DNA of 64,000 bases from Oscillospiraceae bacterium (GCA_015064625.1 SVRW01000007.1:19794-83793); one strand, 5' to 3'. Shown: positions 8,274 to 17,722, counted from the first letter of the stretch. Numbers and translations are program-made. Notes: generated from the letters alone by a model not told the origin.

Positions 8274-10259
8274 ATGAAAGTTAATGCCACTCGTCGTGTT
8301 CTTGCGCTTGTTCTTGCTTCGCTGATGGTTCTTGGCGTTGTTACGCTTCTTTTTGAAGTTACAGCAGGTGCTGTGGTTACGAACTACGCCAAAGGAAACT
8401 CCTATACGTCAAGCGCGTTTTCAGTCGTTGCGGGTATGGGAGATACGGGAAATCTTCTTACTGACGGTGTTGTAGGTACTACGGAAGCTGTAGGCGTTAC
8501 AGTTGCATACGGCGGAACTAATAAAGTGCATACACTTGTTTTCGACCTCGGTGAAATTAAATACGATATCAAAACAATCAAATTCATGAACGTTCTCGTT
8601 TCGGGAAACAGAGGCTTTACTGATGATGCAGTTACTATTTCCGTTTCCAAAAACCTTGAAACAGTAGGAAACGTTACAAATACTTATACTCATGAGTCTG
8701 AGATTCAATATGGAACGGATTGTTTTAACTTCGTTTATGAGCTTAGTACGGAAGCAGTTGGACGTTACGTTCAGATAACTATGGTTACTGTTGATACTTA
8801 TGTTCTTTCTCTCAGTGAGATTGAAATCTGGGGAAGCGGAAACCCTGTTGTTGAAGACGAAGAGCCTGTTATTGTGAACTATTCAAACGGAATTTCCTAT
8901 TCTATTCCCGAGCTTAAATACCTTGAAGGATTTGAAGACAATGGGAAGCTTCTCACCGATGGTAACGTAGCGACGGTCGAAACAAAGGGAACATCTGTTG
9001 CATACGTAGGTACGGAGCATTTCTATACGTTGATTTTTGACCTTGGTGCAGTAAAGGATGATATAAAAACTGTTAAATTCAGAAACGTTTGTGTTGCAGG
9101 TAACAGGAACTTTGGAGCAGAACAAGTTGTTATTGCTGCTGCTGAATCTCTTGACAGTTCAGAGCCAATAGCCAGTGCTTACAAATATGAAAGAGTTCTC
9201 CAATCGGGAAGCACTTATTTCGATTTTGTTTATACTTTGGATTCTGAAGCAAGCGGAAGATACGTTTACATTACTATTTATTCGCCTTCTTACGTTCTTT
9301 CACTTAGTGAAATAGAAATCTGGAGCGCACCTCAGAGCAGCTCTGCGGTTGTAGTTCCTGATCCTATTGACCCCACGCCTAAATTTGACATCACTCTTTC
9401 ATGTGAAGAAAATTTCAAGGATAACGGACAGTTTGAGCTTCTTTGCACTGTAAATAATATTACTGCAACTTACGGAATTGTTGGGGTGGATTTCGTTGTA
9501 AGCTACAATACAGCCGCATTTACTCCTGCTTATCCTTCTGGAAATGATCTTTCCGCTAATTATATCAAAGTTGCTCCCATGGATGGAAAAAAGCTGCTTT
9601 GGGAAGATATCGGAACGTATTGCGACACTTCTGCAGGTAAGATTTATATGAGATTTGCTCATGTAAAAGCGGAAAATGGTGACGGTGCCAGAAATAACGG
9701 AGAGATTGTATTTAAAATTGTTTTCAATCCCAAGGTTTCCTATGGAACGTATAATTTTGAAGCAACAAGCTGTAAGGGAACAGACCCAGGTTCTTCAAAC
9801 TACAAAAAGCTTACAGAGGTTTATGCAAACGGTTCTTCCTGCTCAACCACAGCAATGCCCATTATAGACGAGCTTATTCCCACGGATAGTGGCATTACCG
9901 TATCTGATGGATATATTTACGGAGTTAAACCAGGTCTTACAAAGGATGAGCTTGCATCTATGTTCGAAGGTGAAGTTGCCGTTACTGAAAACGGAGTAAG
10001 TAAAAAGGTAGGTACGGGTTACGTTGTTACGTCAGAGGGCGGAGGCGAATCCGCAGTTGTAGTAATTTACGGTGACGTTGACGGCTCCGGTTCTATTGAT
10101 GCTACGGACTATCTTTCCGTTAAAAAGCATTTTCTTAAGCAGATAAACGTTGAAGGTGTTTACGCTATTGCGGCAAATACTGACCAAAAGGGAACTATTG
10201 ATGCTACAGACTATCTGAAAATCAAAAACCATTTCCTCGGTACAAATTTACTTTACTGA
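8274..10259 (+). CDS. Secreted scaffoldin-like protein: two F5/8 type C (discoidin/CBM32-like) domains, a cohesin-like module and a C-terminal dockerin
   Basis: N-terminal signal/TM. Two about 170-aa internal repeats, both ending in SLSEIEIWG/S. The segment FELLCTVNNITATYGIVGVDFVVSYNTAAF resembles cohesin. Dockerin duplicated EF-hand motif GDVDGSGSIDATDYLSVKKHFL ... NTDQKGTIDATDYLKIKNHFLG. Confidence 0.7.
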   Translation: MKVNATRRVLALVLASLMVLGVVTLLFEVTAGAVVTNYAKGNSYTSSAFSVVAGMGDTGNLLTDGVVGTTEAVGVTVAYGGTNKVHTLVFDLGEIKYDIKTIKFMNVLVSGNRGFTDDAVTISVSKNLETVGNVTNTYTHESEIQYGTDCFNFVYELSTEAVGRYVQITMVTVDTYVLSLSEIEIWGSGNPVVEDEEPVIVNYSNGISYSIPELKYLEGFEDNGKLLTDGNVATVETKGTSVAYVGTEHFYTLIFDLGAVKDDIKTVKFRNVCVAGNRNFGAEQVVIAAAESLDSSEPIASAYKYERVLQSGSTYFDFVYTLDSEASGRYVYITIYSPSYVLSLSEIEIWSAPQSSSAVVVPDPIDPTPKFDITLSCEENFKDNGQFELLCTVNNITATYGIVGVDFVVSYNTAAFTPAYPSGNDLSANYIKVAPMDGKKLLWEDIGTYCDTSAGKIYMRFAHVKAENGDGARNNGEIVFKIVFNPKVSYGTYNFEATSCKGTDPGSSNYKKLTEVYANGSSCSTTAMPIIDELIPTDSGITVSDGYIYGVKPGLTKDELASMFEGEVAVTENGVSKKVGTGYVVTSEGGGESAVVVIYGDVDGSGSIDATDYLSVKKHFLKQINVEGVYAIAANTDQKGTIDATDYLKIKNHFLGTNLLY

Positions 10260-10264
10260 TTTAA

Positions 10265-10300
10265 TTTCCCGCAGGCTTAAATAGCTTGCGGGAAAATTTT
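10265..10300 (+). terminator. Intrinsic terminator after the scaffoldin-like gene
   Basis: 12-bp stem (TTTCCCGCAGGC / GCTTGCGGGAAA, one G-T pair), 7-nt loop, followed by ATTTT. Confidence 0.7.
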
Positions 10301-10351
10301 AATATATGAGGGAAATTGCCGAAAAATGTTAACTAAAGATGAAAAACGGGG

Positions 10352-10380
10352 TTGACAAGCCAAAATAATTGTGATATACT
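10352..10380 (+). promoter_or_regulatory. Sigma-A promoter of the TM2/DUF2752 pair
   Basis: TTGACA (10352-10357), 17-nt spacer, TATACT (10375-10380). Confidence 0.7.
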
Positions 10381-10445
10381 TTTTTTAACATGGAATGGCG
10401 GTTTTTGCCGAACTGTGACATATTTATTTTTTCGGAGGTAATACT

Positions 10446-10829
10446 ATGTATTGCAAAAATTGTGGTCAACAGATGAACGACAATCAGGCTATTTGCTTGG
10501 CTTGCGGTGTTGAAAAAGGCAAAGGAAATGCTTATTGCAGCAACTGCGGAGCTGCTCTTGCTCCTAATGCATCTGTTTGTATGAATTGCGGCGTCGCTAC
10601 CGCTCAGCCTAAAGATAGACTTAACGGACAAGATAAGATTCTTATGGCGGTGCTTTGTTTCTTCCTTGGTAGCATCGGTATTCACAACTTTGTGATGGGA
10701 GAGACAAAGAAAGGTATTGTGAAAATTGTTGCTTCTTTCATTTGCGGTATCAGCACTATTCTTATGTTGATCGACTTCGTTAAGATATTGACTGATAAAT
10801 ATACATACGATCCCAACGCATTGTTCTAA
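10446..10829 (+). CDS. Zinc-ribbon plus TM2 domain membrane protein
   Basis: Three CxxC pairs (CKNCG, CLACG, CSNCG, CMNCG), then a TM2-like hairpin (LCFFLGSIGIHNFVMGETKKGIVKIV). Confidence 0.75.
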   Translation: MYCKNCGQQMNDNQAICLACGVEKGKGNAYCSNCGAALAPNASVCMNCGVATAQPKDRLNGQDKILMAVLCFFLGSIGIHNFVMGETKKGIVKIVASFICGISTILMLIDFVKILTDKYTYDPNALF

Positions 10830-10832
10830 ACC

Positions 10833-11159
10833 TTGCAAAGTTTCAAGAAAAAGCTATTGATATTTCCTTGCATATTTCTGATGTATGCTTTGTTGGATTT
10901 GTTCGACGTATCATGCTTTATTAAATATGTCACAGGTGTATCTTGTCCGGGTTGCGGTATGACCCATGCTCTGATGAAGGCTTTGACTTTTGATTTCAGA
11001 GAGGCGTTCCGTTATCATCCTATGTTTTGGTCAGTTCCTGTTCTTTTTCTTTATTTTTTTAAGGATGGGGTATTGTTCAAAAACAAAATCCTGAATCTTG
11101 GCGTTTTTATCGCGATTCTTTCGGGATTTATGGTGAACTGGATTTATAAATTAGTTTAA
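10833..11159 (+). CDS. DUF2752-like membrane protein
   Basis: The CPGCGMTHA motif after a first TM is typical of DUF2752. The start is uncertain (TTG 10833 or ATG 10881). Confidence 0.6.
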   Translation: MQSFKKKLLIFPCIFLMYALLDLFDVSCFIKYVTGVSCPGCGMTHALMKALTFDFREAFRYHPMFWSVPVLFLYFFKDGVLFKNKILNLGVFIAILSGFMVNWIYKLV

Positions 11160-11184
11160 AACGGGCGATTTCGCCCGTTTTTTC
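11158..11184 (+). terminator. Intrinsic terminator
   Basis: ACGGGCG-ATTT-CGCCCGT stem followed by TTTTTT. Confidence 0.85.
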
Positions 11185-11194
11185 GTTGCATGAC

Positions 11195-11238
11195 AAATGA
11201 GCTGTTAAACTAACTAAGGTTAGCATAACAGCTCATTT
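11195..11238. other. Second long stem-loop in a gene-free gap
   Basis: Perfect 13-bp arms AAATGAGCTGTTA / TAACAGCTCATTT, with an inner CTAAC/GTTAG pair. Confidence 0.6.
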
Positions 11239-11432
11239 TGTAAATATTTGTTTTAGACCAACTCTGCATAGAGCGAAAAATCTTCGCCCGCTTCACCGTT
11301 TTTTGCTCTTTTATCTTTTCGAGGATGCAAAAGCAATTTTTGCAAAATTTAACACGCAGAGAGACAGCTTATCGGCTTAAAACCTTACTTTTTCACCGGC
11401 TTTGAACTATCCCCTGTCTCCGCCGGACTGAT

Positions 11433-12338
11433 TCAACTCTTAAATTTACTAATTATAAAGTCTATTGGTTTATTATAAAACATTGGATCTTCGGAATAAC
11501 CTAAAATATTATTAATAACTCCTTCGTATTGACTCATGTGTTCGAGATACGTTATCAAATCAGAATTTGCCGCAAATTCCTTTATTTTTCCAACATCTTT
11601 TTCAGCAAGATAATAAATTTGATATATATCATAGAGTTTGCCATCGTACAAAAATGCAGTATCTAACTTTAATTCTTTTTTTATGAGTTCCTCATCCCCG
11701 CTAAAAATAACATCTATTTCTCTGTCGGAAAAAACATACTCCTCGTATTCCCGTCCAACCGATATAAGATGGTCTTTATGAATATTATTAACGCGTATAA
11801 AGTCTTCTTTTTCTATTCCGAATTCTCTTATAAAATATATTAGTGTTGGAAGCTGGTCATATTCTTCGTTATAAATTCCATTTTCATAAAAAGTTTTTTT
11901 ACAATACGGATCTAATAAATCATTTCCTATAATTTCACCTATTTCATTCAATGATAACAAGCATCGTCTGTAATACCCTCCGTATTCATTATCATATATG
12001 GAATTAACTCCCATGCCGTTTAAATCATCTTGCGAGACGTTAGAAGAACCATCTTCAACCGAATTTTCTGTTTTGCTTTCGTTTTCGCTTGGTTGTTCCG
12101 AATAATTTTCACTTGTTTCTAAGCTTTCAGCAGAATGTATAGCTTTGCTATTCTCCTCCTCAGACACCGCGCTTAATACTTCTTCAAATGAAGTGTCGTC
12201 AACGTTTTCTTTGGACGAATTGGAAGGCGATGATAATGGGTTATAAGACGAGGATATTTCTTCTATATGGCAAGAACACATTATCGCCGTGCAAGACAAT
12301 ATAAATAAAATAAATAAGTATTTTTTTATATAACTCAT
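11433..12338 (-). CDS. Hypothetical lipoprotein (Ser/Glu-rich linker plus C-terminal domain of unknown function)
   Basis: Signal with lipobox-like LSCTAIMCSC, a low-complexity acidic linker, and no family recognised. The gene is AT-rich. Confidence 0.55.
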   Translation of the reverse strand: MSYIKKYLFILFILSCTAIMCSCHIEEISSSYNPLSSPSNSSKENVDDTSFEEVLSAVSEEENSKAIHSAESLETSENYSEQPSENESKTENSVEDGSSNVSQDDLNGMGVNSIYDNEYGGYYRRCLLSLNEIGEIIGNDLLDPYCKKTFYENGIYNEEYDQLPTLIYFIREFGIEKEDFIRVNNIHKDHLISVGREYEEYVFSDREIDVIFSGDEELIKKELKLDTAFLYDGKLYDIYQIYYLAEKDVGKIKEFAANSDLITYLEHMSQYEGVINNILGYSEDPMFYNKPIDFIISKFKS

Positions 12339-12782
12339 TTAACCTCCATTTGGTAAAATCATTTTTTATATTTAAACATATTAGCGTGATAGAAAACCAT
12401 CTGATTCAAGCATGTGCGTTTTCGTTGCGGGAGCTTTGGTATGCGTTTTTCAAATGAGCATTGGACTCGCCTCCTTTGAAATTATTTTTGGATTTTTTTA
12501 AAAATGATTTGTGCCTCTATAAGTATACTGTTTTGAACATACCCAAAGGTTACACTTTCTGATGTGATTTTTTTGAAAAATGGATTTTTGTATGTTTGTA
12601 CAAAAAATGCATCGAGGAATTGTGCATTTTCACATCGAATTTTTTCACATTTTTACTTGGTTTTTCACTTTTTTTGACATATGTAACGAGAATGGCAAAA
12701 GGTTACATTCTTTGCGAATTTCTTTTGTAAATTTTAAAATTCAAAAAGTTTTCATAATTGACATTAAATTGCGAACAAAACT

Positions 12783-12791
12783 TGGTATAAT
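12783..12791 (+). promoter_or_regulatory. Extended -10 element upstream of the sigma factor gene
   Basis: TGGTATAAT lies about 40 nt upstream of the ATG at 12831. There is no well-spaced -35. Confidence 0.4.
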
Positions 12792-12830
12792 AATTACGAG
12801 CGAATCGAAAATCTGCAGGAGATAAAGATT

Positions 12831-13364
12831 ATGTTTTTTATTTTTTTGTGTTGCAGCGAATTGGAAGATGATGATCAAAAGCTCATAGCGGAATTATATG
12901 CAAGGTTAATGCCTAAATTAGTTAAATATAGTACAGTAAGACTTATTGATCAAAGTTATGCAGAAGATATTGTTCAGGCTACATTTATGGTTCTGATTAA
13001 AAAGTATAAAGATCTGAATCATGAAAACTTGGATTATTGGATGCTCCAAGTAGTCGATCTTTTGATAAAAAATAAGAATCGCATAGAAGAAAATAGGGCA
13101 TCTATTGTTTCTGCTGTTAATATTGATGACTTGAGTGAAGAAAAACTGCTTTTCTGTGGGAATACTTCTTACATAAAAGATATACTTTCAAGAGAACTGA
13201 CCAAAACGGAATCAGATTTTTTTAATACTTATTTTGTGATGTGCGAACCTCATGAAAAAGCGGCGAAAAAATATAACATATCCATAAGCGCATCGAAGGT
13301 AAGGAAAAGCAGAATCAGAATAAGGGTTGTTCGTATTCTTCAAGAAAACGGTATAACTCCCTGA
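12831..13364 (+). CDS. Sigma-70 family (ECF-like) RNA polymerase sigma factor
   Basis: Region 2-like DIVQATFMVLIKKYKDL...YWMLQVV and region 4 HTH-like EKAAKKYNISISASKVRKSRIR. Confidence 0.7.
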   Translation: MFFIFLCCSELEDDDQKLIAELYARLMPKLVKYSTVRLIDQSYAEDIVQATFMVLIKKYKDLNHENLDYWMLQVVDLLIKNKNRIEENRASIVSAVNIDDLSEEKLLFCGNTSYIKDILSRELTKTESDFFNTYFVMCEPHEKAAKKYNISISASKVRKSRIRIRVVRILQENGITP

Positions 13365-13418
13365 GAAATAACCTCAAAATAATTTGGCGTGCGGTAAATC
13401 GACGGAAAGGAAGATTAT

Positions 13419-14318
13419 ATGGAAAATGTTATAAATTTTGAAAATATGTTCTCGTTCTCCTCAGAAGATATATTCGGTTTCCTTCAACGTACAATTGACG
13501 AAGAAATACAAAAAGGGAATAAAGGTATGGATGCCGTTCTTGTGGATGAATGTGTGCTTATTTTAGAACAGCTTTACGGCAAAGAAATTTATTGCCCGAC
13601 TAAAGATCAAATTTACGAAAAATATAGAAAATTAAAAGAAAAGTACGAGAAAATTAAGGACGACGAGTTATTTTGGAAGGATTTGTCCTGCGACAACGAT
13701 GAATTAAAGGCGATTATAAATGGCGACGTTTCAGAAAAGCCGTTGAAGCATATAAAATTCAGAAAAACTTTGCTGATAGCGGCGATAGTTGCTGCATCTA
13801 TTTTGGGGTTGACGATAACGGGCGCGGCAACGGGGAAAAATATTTTTGGAGATATAAAATTCTTTGGGTTTAATTATAAAGATCTTCCTGCGGGAAGTGA
13901 AATGACGGATGGAAAAATAAGCGTATACAAGAACGATAAGGCGTCCGTTTATGCGACCATAGAAGAAATGGCTCGTGCGAAAGGTTTTGAAGGATTTTAT
14001 TATCCTGAATCTTTGGAATTCAAGAAGATAAATATAGATGAATATGATGGTAAAATCACAATAACGTTTATTATTTCTGAGGGCGGATATCATTTTTCTT
14101 TGATTGCTGTTTCATATGATGAATATGGTATACAGAATGACATTCCTGCGTATACCAAAGAAACATTGAAGAACGGTACGGAAGTGTTCTGCTATGAGAT
14201 GAAAGATGGAAAATATCAGCTTATGTTTAAAATGGGAAATTGGTATTATTGCTTAGTCACCGAAAATTATGATGAAGGAATCAAAACCATAGAAACTTTT
14301 AAGGAGGCAACGCCATGA
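13419..14318 (+). CDS. Single-pass membrane protein, putative anti-sigma factor
   Basis: Lies immediately downstream of the sigma gene. Cytoplasmic N-terminus, one TM (LLIAAIVAASILGLTITGAA) and an extracytoplasmic C-terminal domain. The function is inferred from context only. Confidence 0.5.
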   Translation: MENVINFENMFSFSSEDIFGFLQRTIDEEIQKGNKGMDAVLVDECVLILEQLYGKEIYCPTKDQIYEKYRKLKEKYEKIKDDELFWKDLSCDNDELKAIINGDVSEKPLKHIKFRKTLLIAAIVAASILGLTITGAATGKNIFGDIKFFGFNYKDLPAGSEMTDGKISVYKNDKASVYATIEEMARAKGFEGFYYPESLEFKKINIDEYDGKITITFIISEGGYHFSLIAVSYDEYGIQNDIPAYTKETLKNGTEVFCYEMKDGKYQLMFKMGNWYYCLVTENYDEGIKTIETFKEATP

Positions 14319-14689
14319 AAAAAATAATCAGCATTTTAATCTGTTCAGCTCTTCTTTTCTCCCTTTCTTTTTCAAGCGTTTCTGCGGAAGAAACGACTTG
14401 CGAAGAAACCCATATTGAATTTATCTTTGAAGAAGGTCTTTCAAGCGAGCTTAAAACGAAAATCGAAGCTCATCTTTTGGGAGAAAGTACAAATCCCAAT
14501 GCAAGAGGCTTTTGGTGCAACCTTTTTGGCCATGACCTTGTTGAATCAACCACAACTCAAGTAACTCATAAGGTAAATGCAAGTGCTCCAAGATGCCTTA
14601 AGGAAATTTATGAGGTTGAAGCTTGCGAGGATTGCGATTACGTAAAATCAACATTGATTGCTCAATCATACATTAACTGTTGCACATAA
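14315..14689 (+). CDS. Small secreted Cys-containing protein
   Basis: Signal peptide (LFSLSFSSVSA-EE). ATGA overlap with the upstream gene. Cys pattern CxxxxxxC...CEDC...CC. No family recognised. Confidence 0.5.
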   Translation: MKKIISILICSALLFSLSFSSVSAEETTCEETHIEFIFEEGLSSELKTKIEAHLLGESTNPNARGFWCNLFGHDLVESTTTQVTHKVNASAPRCLKEIYEVEACEDCDYVKSTLIAQSYINCCT

Positions 14690-14811
14690 TCAAAAAATAA
14701 AAAGCAATAATACCATCGGTTAAAAAAGAGGCTGCCCTGAATGCAGGTTATCCGCCAAGGACGACGTGCACAGGGCATTCTCTTTTTAAAATGCATTTTT
14801 AATAAAAAGTA

Positions 14812-14840
14812 TTTACTTTTTTGTTTGTTTGATGTATAAT
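14812..14840 (+). promoter_or_regulatory. Sigma-A promoter of ddl
   Basis: TTTACT (14812-14817), 17-nt spacer, TG-extended TATAAT (14835-14840). Confidence 0.6.
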
Positions 14841-14906
14841 GTAGAATGTGTTGAAATATGTATAGCAATATGCATTATTTAATTTAATCCGAAAGGAAAA
14901 ACATTC

Positions 14907-15971
14907 ATGGGCGAAAAGAAAAACGTTGCGCTTATTTTCGGTGGTGCTTCTTCCGAGCATAGCGTATCATTGATGTCAGCTTATTCGGTTTTGAAAAATA
15001 TATCTTATGATTTGTTTAACGTTATTAAGGTTGGCATAACCGAAAAAGGTGTTTGGTTTGTATATAATGGGGATGCTGAAAAAATAAAGGACGGTAGCTG
15101 GGAGAAGGATACGGAAAACCTTGTTCCTGCTGTTATTTCTCCTTGTACAGTTCAACATGGATTGTTTTTGTTCGACAAGCCTGCAAAAAAGTTTGATACT
15201 TTAAGAATTGACGTTGCTTTCCCCATTATTCACGGTAAAGGCGGAGAAGATGGGGCGTTGCAGGGACTTTTTTCCTTGGCGGGTATTCCCTTCGTTGGAT
15301 GTGGTATTTTATCTTCTGCCTGCTGTATGGATAAGGCTATTGCCAAGGAGCTTTGCGAAAAAGCCGGTGTTCCTGTAGTAGATTGGGTTTGTACATCGAA
15401 AAAGGATTTCGGTGGCGACGTTATTCTTGAATGTGAAGAAAAGCTTTCTTATCCTATGTTCGTAAAACCCGCTTCCGAGGGTTCTTCCTTTGGTACGGCT
15501 AAGGTGAAAAACAGAGATGAGCTTATTTCAGCGGTGAAGACGGCTTTTTCCCTTGATGACAGAGTTCTTATTGAAAAATACATAAAATGCAGAGAGGTTG
15601 AGCTTGCCGCTCTCGATGCCGATGGATTGTATATTTCATCTCCCGGTGAGATTGTAACCGAAGAATTTTACGATTTTGATTCAAAATACGTAAATGACAA
15701 TGCCACTCTCCACATTCCTGCGATTTTGGGAAAAGATACAGAGGAGCTTCTCAAAGAAACGGCAAGAACGGTTTTTTCCACCTTGCGTTGCAAGGGATTT
15801 GGAAGAATTGATTTCTTTGTTGACGGTGAAAAAGTGTATTTCAACGAGATAAACACGTTGCCTGGGTTTACTCACATAAGCATGTATCCCAAGCTTATGG
15901 AGTTTGACGGCATTTCCTATACTGAGCTTATTACAAAACTGATAAATTCTGCCACGGCGCAGACGGAATAA
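14907..15971 (+). CDS. ddl: D-alanine--D-alanine ligase
   Basis: ALIFGGASSEHSVSLMSA, FPIIHGKGGEDGALQGLF, the ATP-grasp segment and NEINTLPGFT. Confidence 0.92.
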   Translation: MGEKKNVALIFGGASSEHSVSLMSAYSVLKNISYDLFNVIKVGITEKGVWFVYNGDAEKIKDGSWEKDTENLVPAVISPCTVQHGLFLFDKPAKKFDTLRIDVAFPIIHGKGGEDGALQGLFSLAGIPFVGCGILSSACCMDKAIAKELCEKAGVPVVDWVCTSKKDFGGDVILECEEKLSYPMFVKPASEGSSFGTAKVKNRDELISAVKTAFSLDDRVLIEKYIKCREVELAALDADGLYISSPGEIVTEEFYDFDSKYVNDNATLHIPAILGKDTEELLKETARTVFSTLRCKGFGRIDFFVDGEKVYFNEINTLPGFTHISMYPKLMEFDGISYTELITKLINSATAQTE

Positions 15972-15972
15972 T

Positions 15973-16494
15973 ATGAAAATAGATATTAAAGCAAAAATAA
16001 CGGGAAAACGTATTCCCCATCCTTTCGGTGAGGTTGTTCCCAGAGGAGAAGATTCTATGTTGGGCGGTTTTGACCCGTTCCCTAAAAATGATAAAATATC
16101 CTTTAATAACATTAAAGGAGAAGCAATTTTTGAACGTGACGGAAGCGTCTCTTTGTTTTTCGGAGAAGGGAACTCCCCCTTCAGATTCGAGATTCACGTA
16201 ACGCCTGAAGAACAATCGAAAAGCAGTGTTTTCTTTTCGTATTTCGGGCTTGGTATTCGGTTCAGCTCCTTCTTTTCAGAGAAGAAGGAATGCCAATTTT
16301 CCTTGACAAAATATTCTTTTTTTGATGCAGAAGTACATACGGGAATTATTCAAGCGTTGAAAATAAAAAACGGACTTACAAAGAATGGAGGAAAGCTTAC
16401 GTTAAGGTTTAACACGTTCTTTGGCGGTGTTCTTACCAACGCTTCTATATTTGAGCTTAGCATTATTCCTTCGGGAAGGTTTTTGCTTTCTTGA
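15973..16494 (+). CDS. Hypothetical protein
   Basis: The ORF starts 2 nt after the ddl stop and has coding-like composition. No family recognised. Confidence 0.45.
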   Translation: MKIDIKAKITGKRIPHPFGEVVPRGEDSMLGGFDPFPKNDKISFNNIKGEAIFERDGSVSLFFGEGNSPFRFEIHVTPEEQSKSSVFFSYFGLGIRFSSFFSEKKECQFSLTKYSFFDAEVHTGIIQALKIKNGLTKNGGKLTLRFNTFFGGVLTNASIFELSIIPSGRFLLS

Positions 16495-16519
16495 TAAATT
16501 CTGAAAGGCGGATGTTTTA

Positions 16520-17722
16520 ATGAAATTTACTTTTCTTGACGGAGCAACGGGAACAAATTTAATGAAATCGGGACTTCCGCAAGGCGTATGCGTTGAAAAA
16601 TGGGTTTCGGAAAACCCCGACGTTTTAATTTCTTTGCAAAAGGAATACGTTGATGCAGGTTCTGATATAATATACGCCTCCACATTTGGAGCAAACCCTA
16701 TATCGTTAAGTAAATATTCCCTTGAGGATGAAACGGAAACGTTGAACGCAAAATTGGTATCCATTTCTAAAATTGCCTCAAACGGAAAAGCCAAGGTTGC
16801 AGGTGATATTTCTTCAACGGGATGTTTACTTGCTCCTTTGGGAGATGCTACCTACGATGATATAAAAAACGCTTACATGAGACAGGCGAGGGCTCTTGAT
16901 AAAGCAGGCGTGGATCTTTTCGTTTTGGAAACCTTTTCGTCACTTGCGGAATGCCTTGCGGCGTTTGACGGTGTTCGAGCGGTTTCCGATAAGAAGATTA
17001 TTGCATCTGTAACGGTTGAGCCGAGTGGGAAAACATTATGCGGAGATTCTCCCGAGAGCTGTCTAATTGCACTTACCGCAAGGGGAGCGTATGCGTTTGG
17101 AGTTAACTGTTCTTCAGGCGTGGAATCTATGGCGAAAATAGTAAAAAAGCTTTATCCAATTTCGTCTGTGCCTATTATTTCAAAGCCTAATGCAGGTCTT
17201 CCCGTTCTTGTTAACGGAGAGAACGTTTTTCCCGATTCCAGCGCGGTTTTTGCTGAAAAATACGAGGAATTGGCAAAAGCAGGGGCATCATTTATAGGCG
17301 GCTGTTGCGGAACAACGCCTTCACATATAAAAGAGCTGTATGAAAAATTTTCAAGCAGAGAACCACTTTCTGTTGCTTCTTCAGGGATGTATGCCGCTTC
17401 AAATAAGGAAGTTTTCCTTATTGATAAAATTGATGATATTCCCGAAAGAACTCCATGTGATGAGGATTTGATTTTCTCAATACCCGAAAAGGACGAGGCT
17501 TCTTTTTTCAGACTTTACATCGAAAAAGAGGAAGAATTGGAGAATTTCATAGAAAGTATGTCTTCCATTGAAACTCCTCTCATTCTTGGCGCTTCAAGTG
17601 TTTCACTTTTTGAAAAGGCTGTTGCTCTATATGCGGGAAGATGTATTTACGATAGAGAATGTGATTTTGAAGATTCGCAGGTGGAGAATCTCAGAAAAAA
17701 ATACGGATTTATAGTTCTTTGA
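16520..17722 (+). CDS. Homocysteine S-methyltransferase domain protein (MetH N-terminal-like) with a short C-terminal extension
   Basis: LDGATGTNL, the ASTFGAN-type segment, GVNCSSG and the zinc-site GGCCGTTPSHI. The last about 110 aa are unassigned. Confidence 0.75.
   Translation: MKFTFLDGATGTNLMKSGLPQGVCVEKWVSENPDVLISLQKEYVDAGSDIIYASTFGANPISLSKYSLEDETETLNAKLVSISKIASNGKAKVAGDISSTGCLLAPLGDATYDDIKNAYMRQARALDKAGVDLFVLETFSSLAECLAAFDGVRAVSDKKIIASVTVEPSGKTLCGDSPESCLIALTARGAYAFGVNCSSGVESMAKIVKKLYPISSVPIISKPNAGLPVLVNGENVFPDSSAVFAEKYEELAKAGASFIGGCCGTTPSHIKELYEKFSSREPLSVASSGMYAASNKEVFLIDKIDDIPERTPCDEDLIFSIPEKDEASFFRLYIEKEEELENFIESMSSIETPLILGASSVSLFEKAVALYAGRCIYDRECDFEDSQVENLRKKYGFIVL

Noticed and set aside
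12580-12825. 81-aa ORF in the leader of the sigma factor gene
   Set aside because: It has extreme AT-rich, Phe/Ile/Lys-biased composition, no RBS, and overlaps the TTTTCAC motif cluster and the extended -10 element. It is more likely regulatory DNA.
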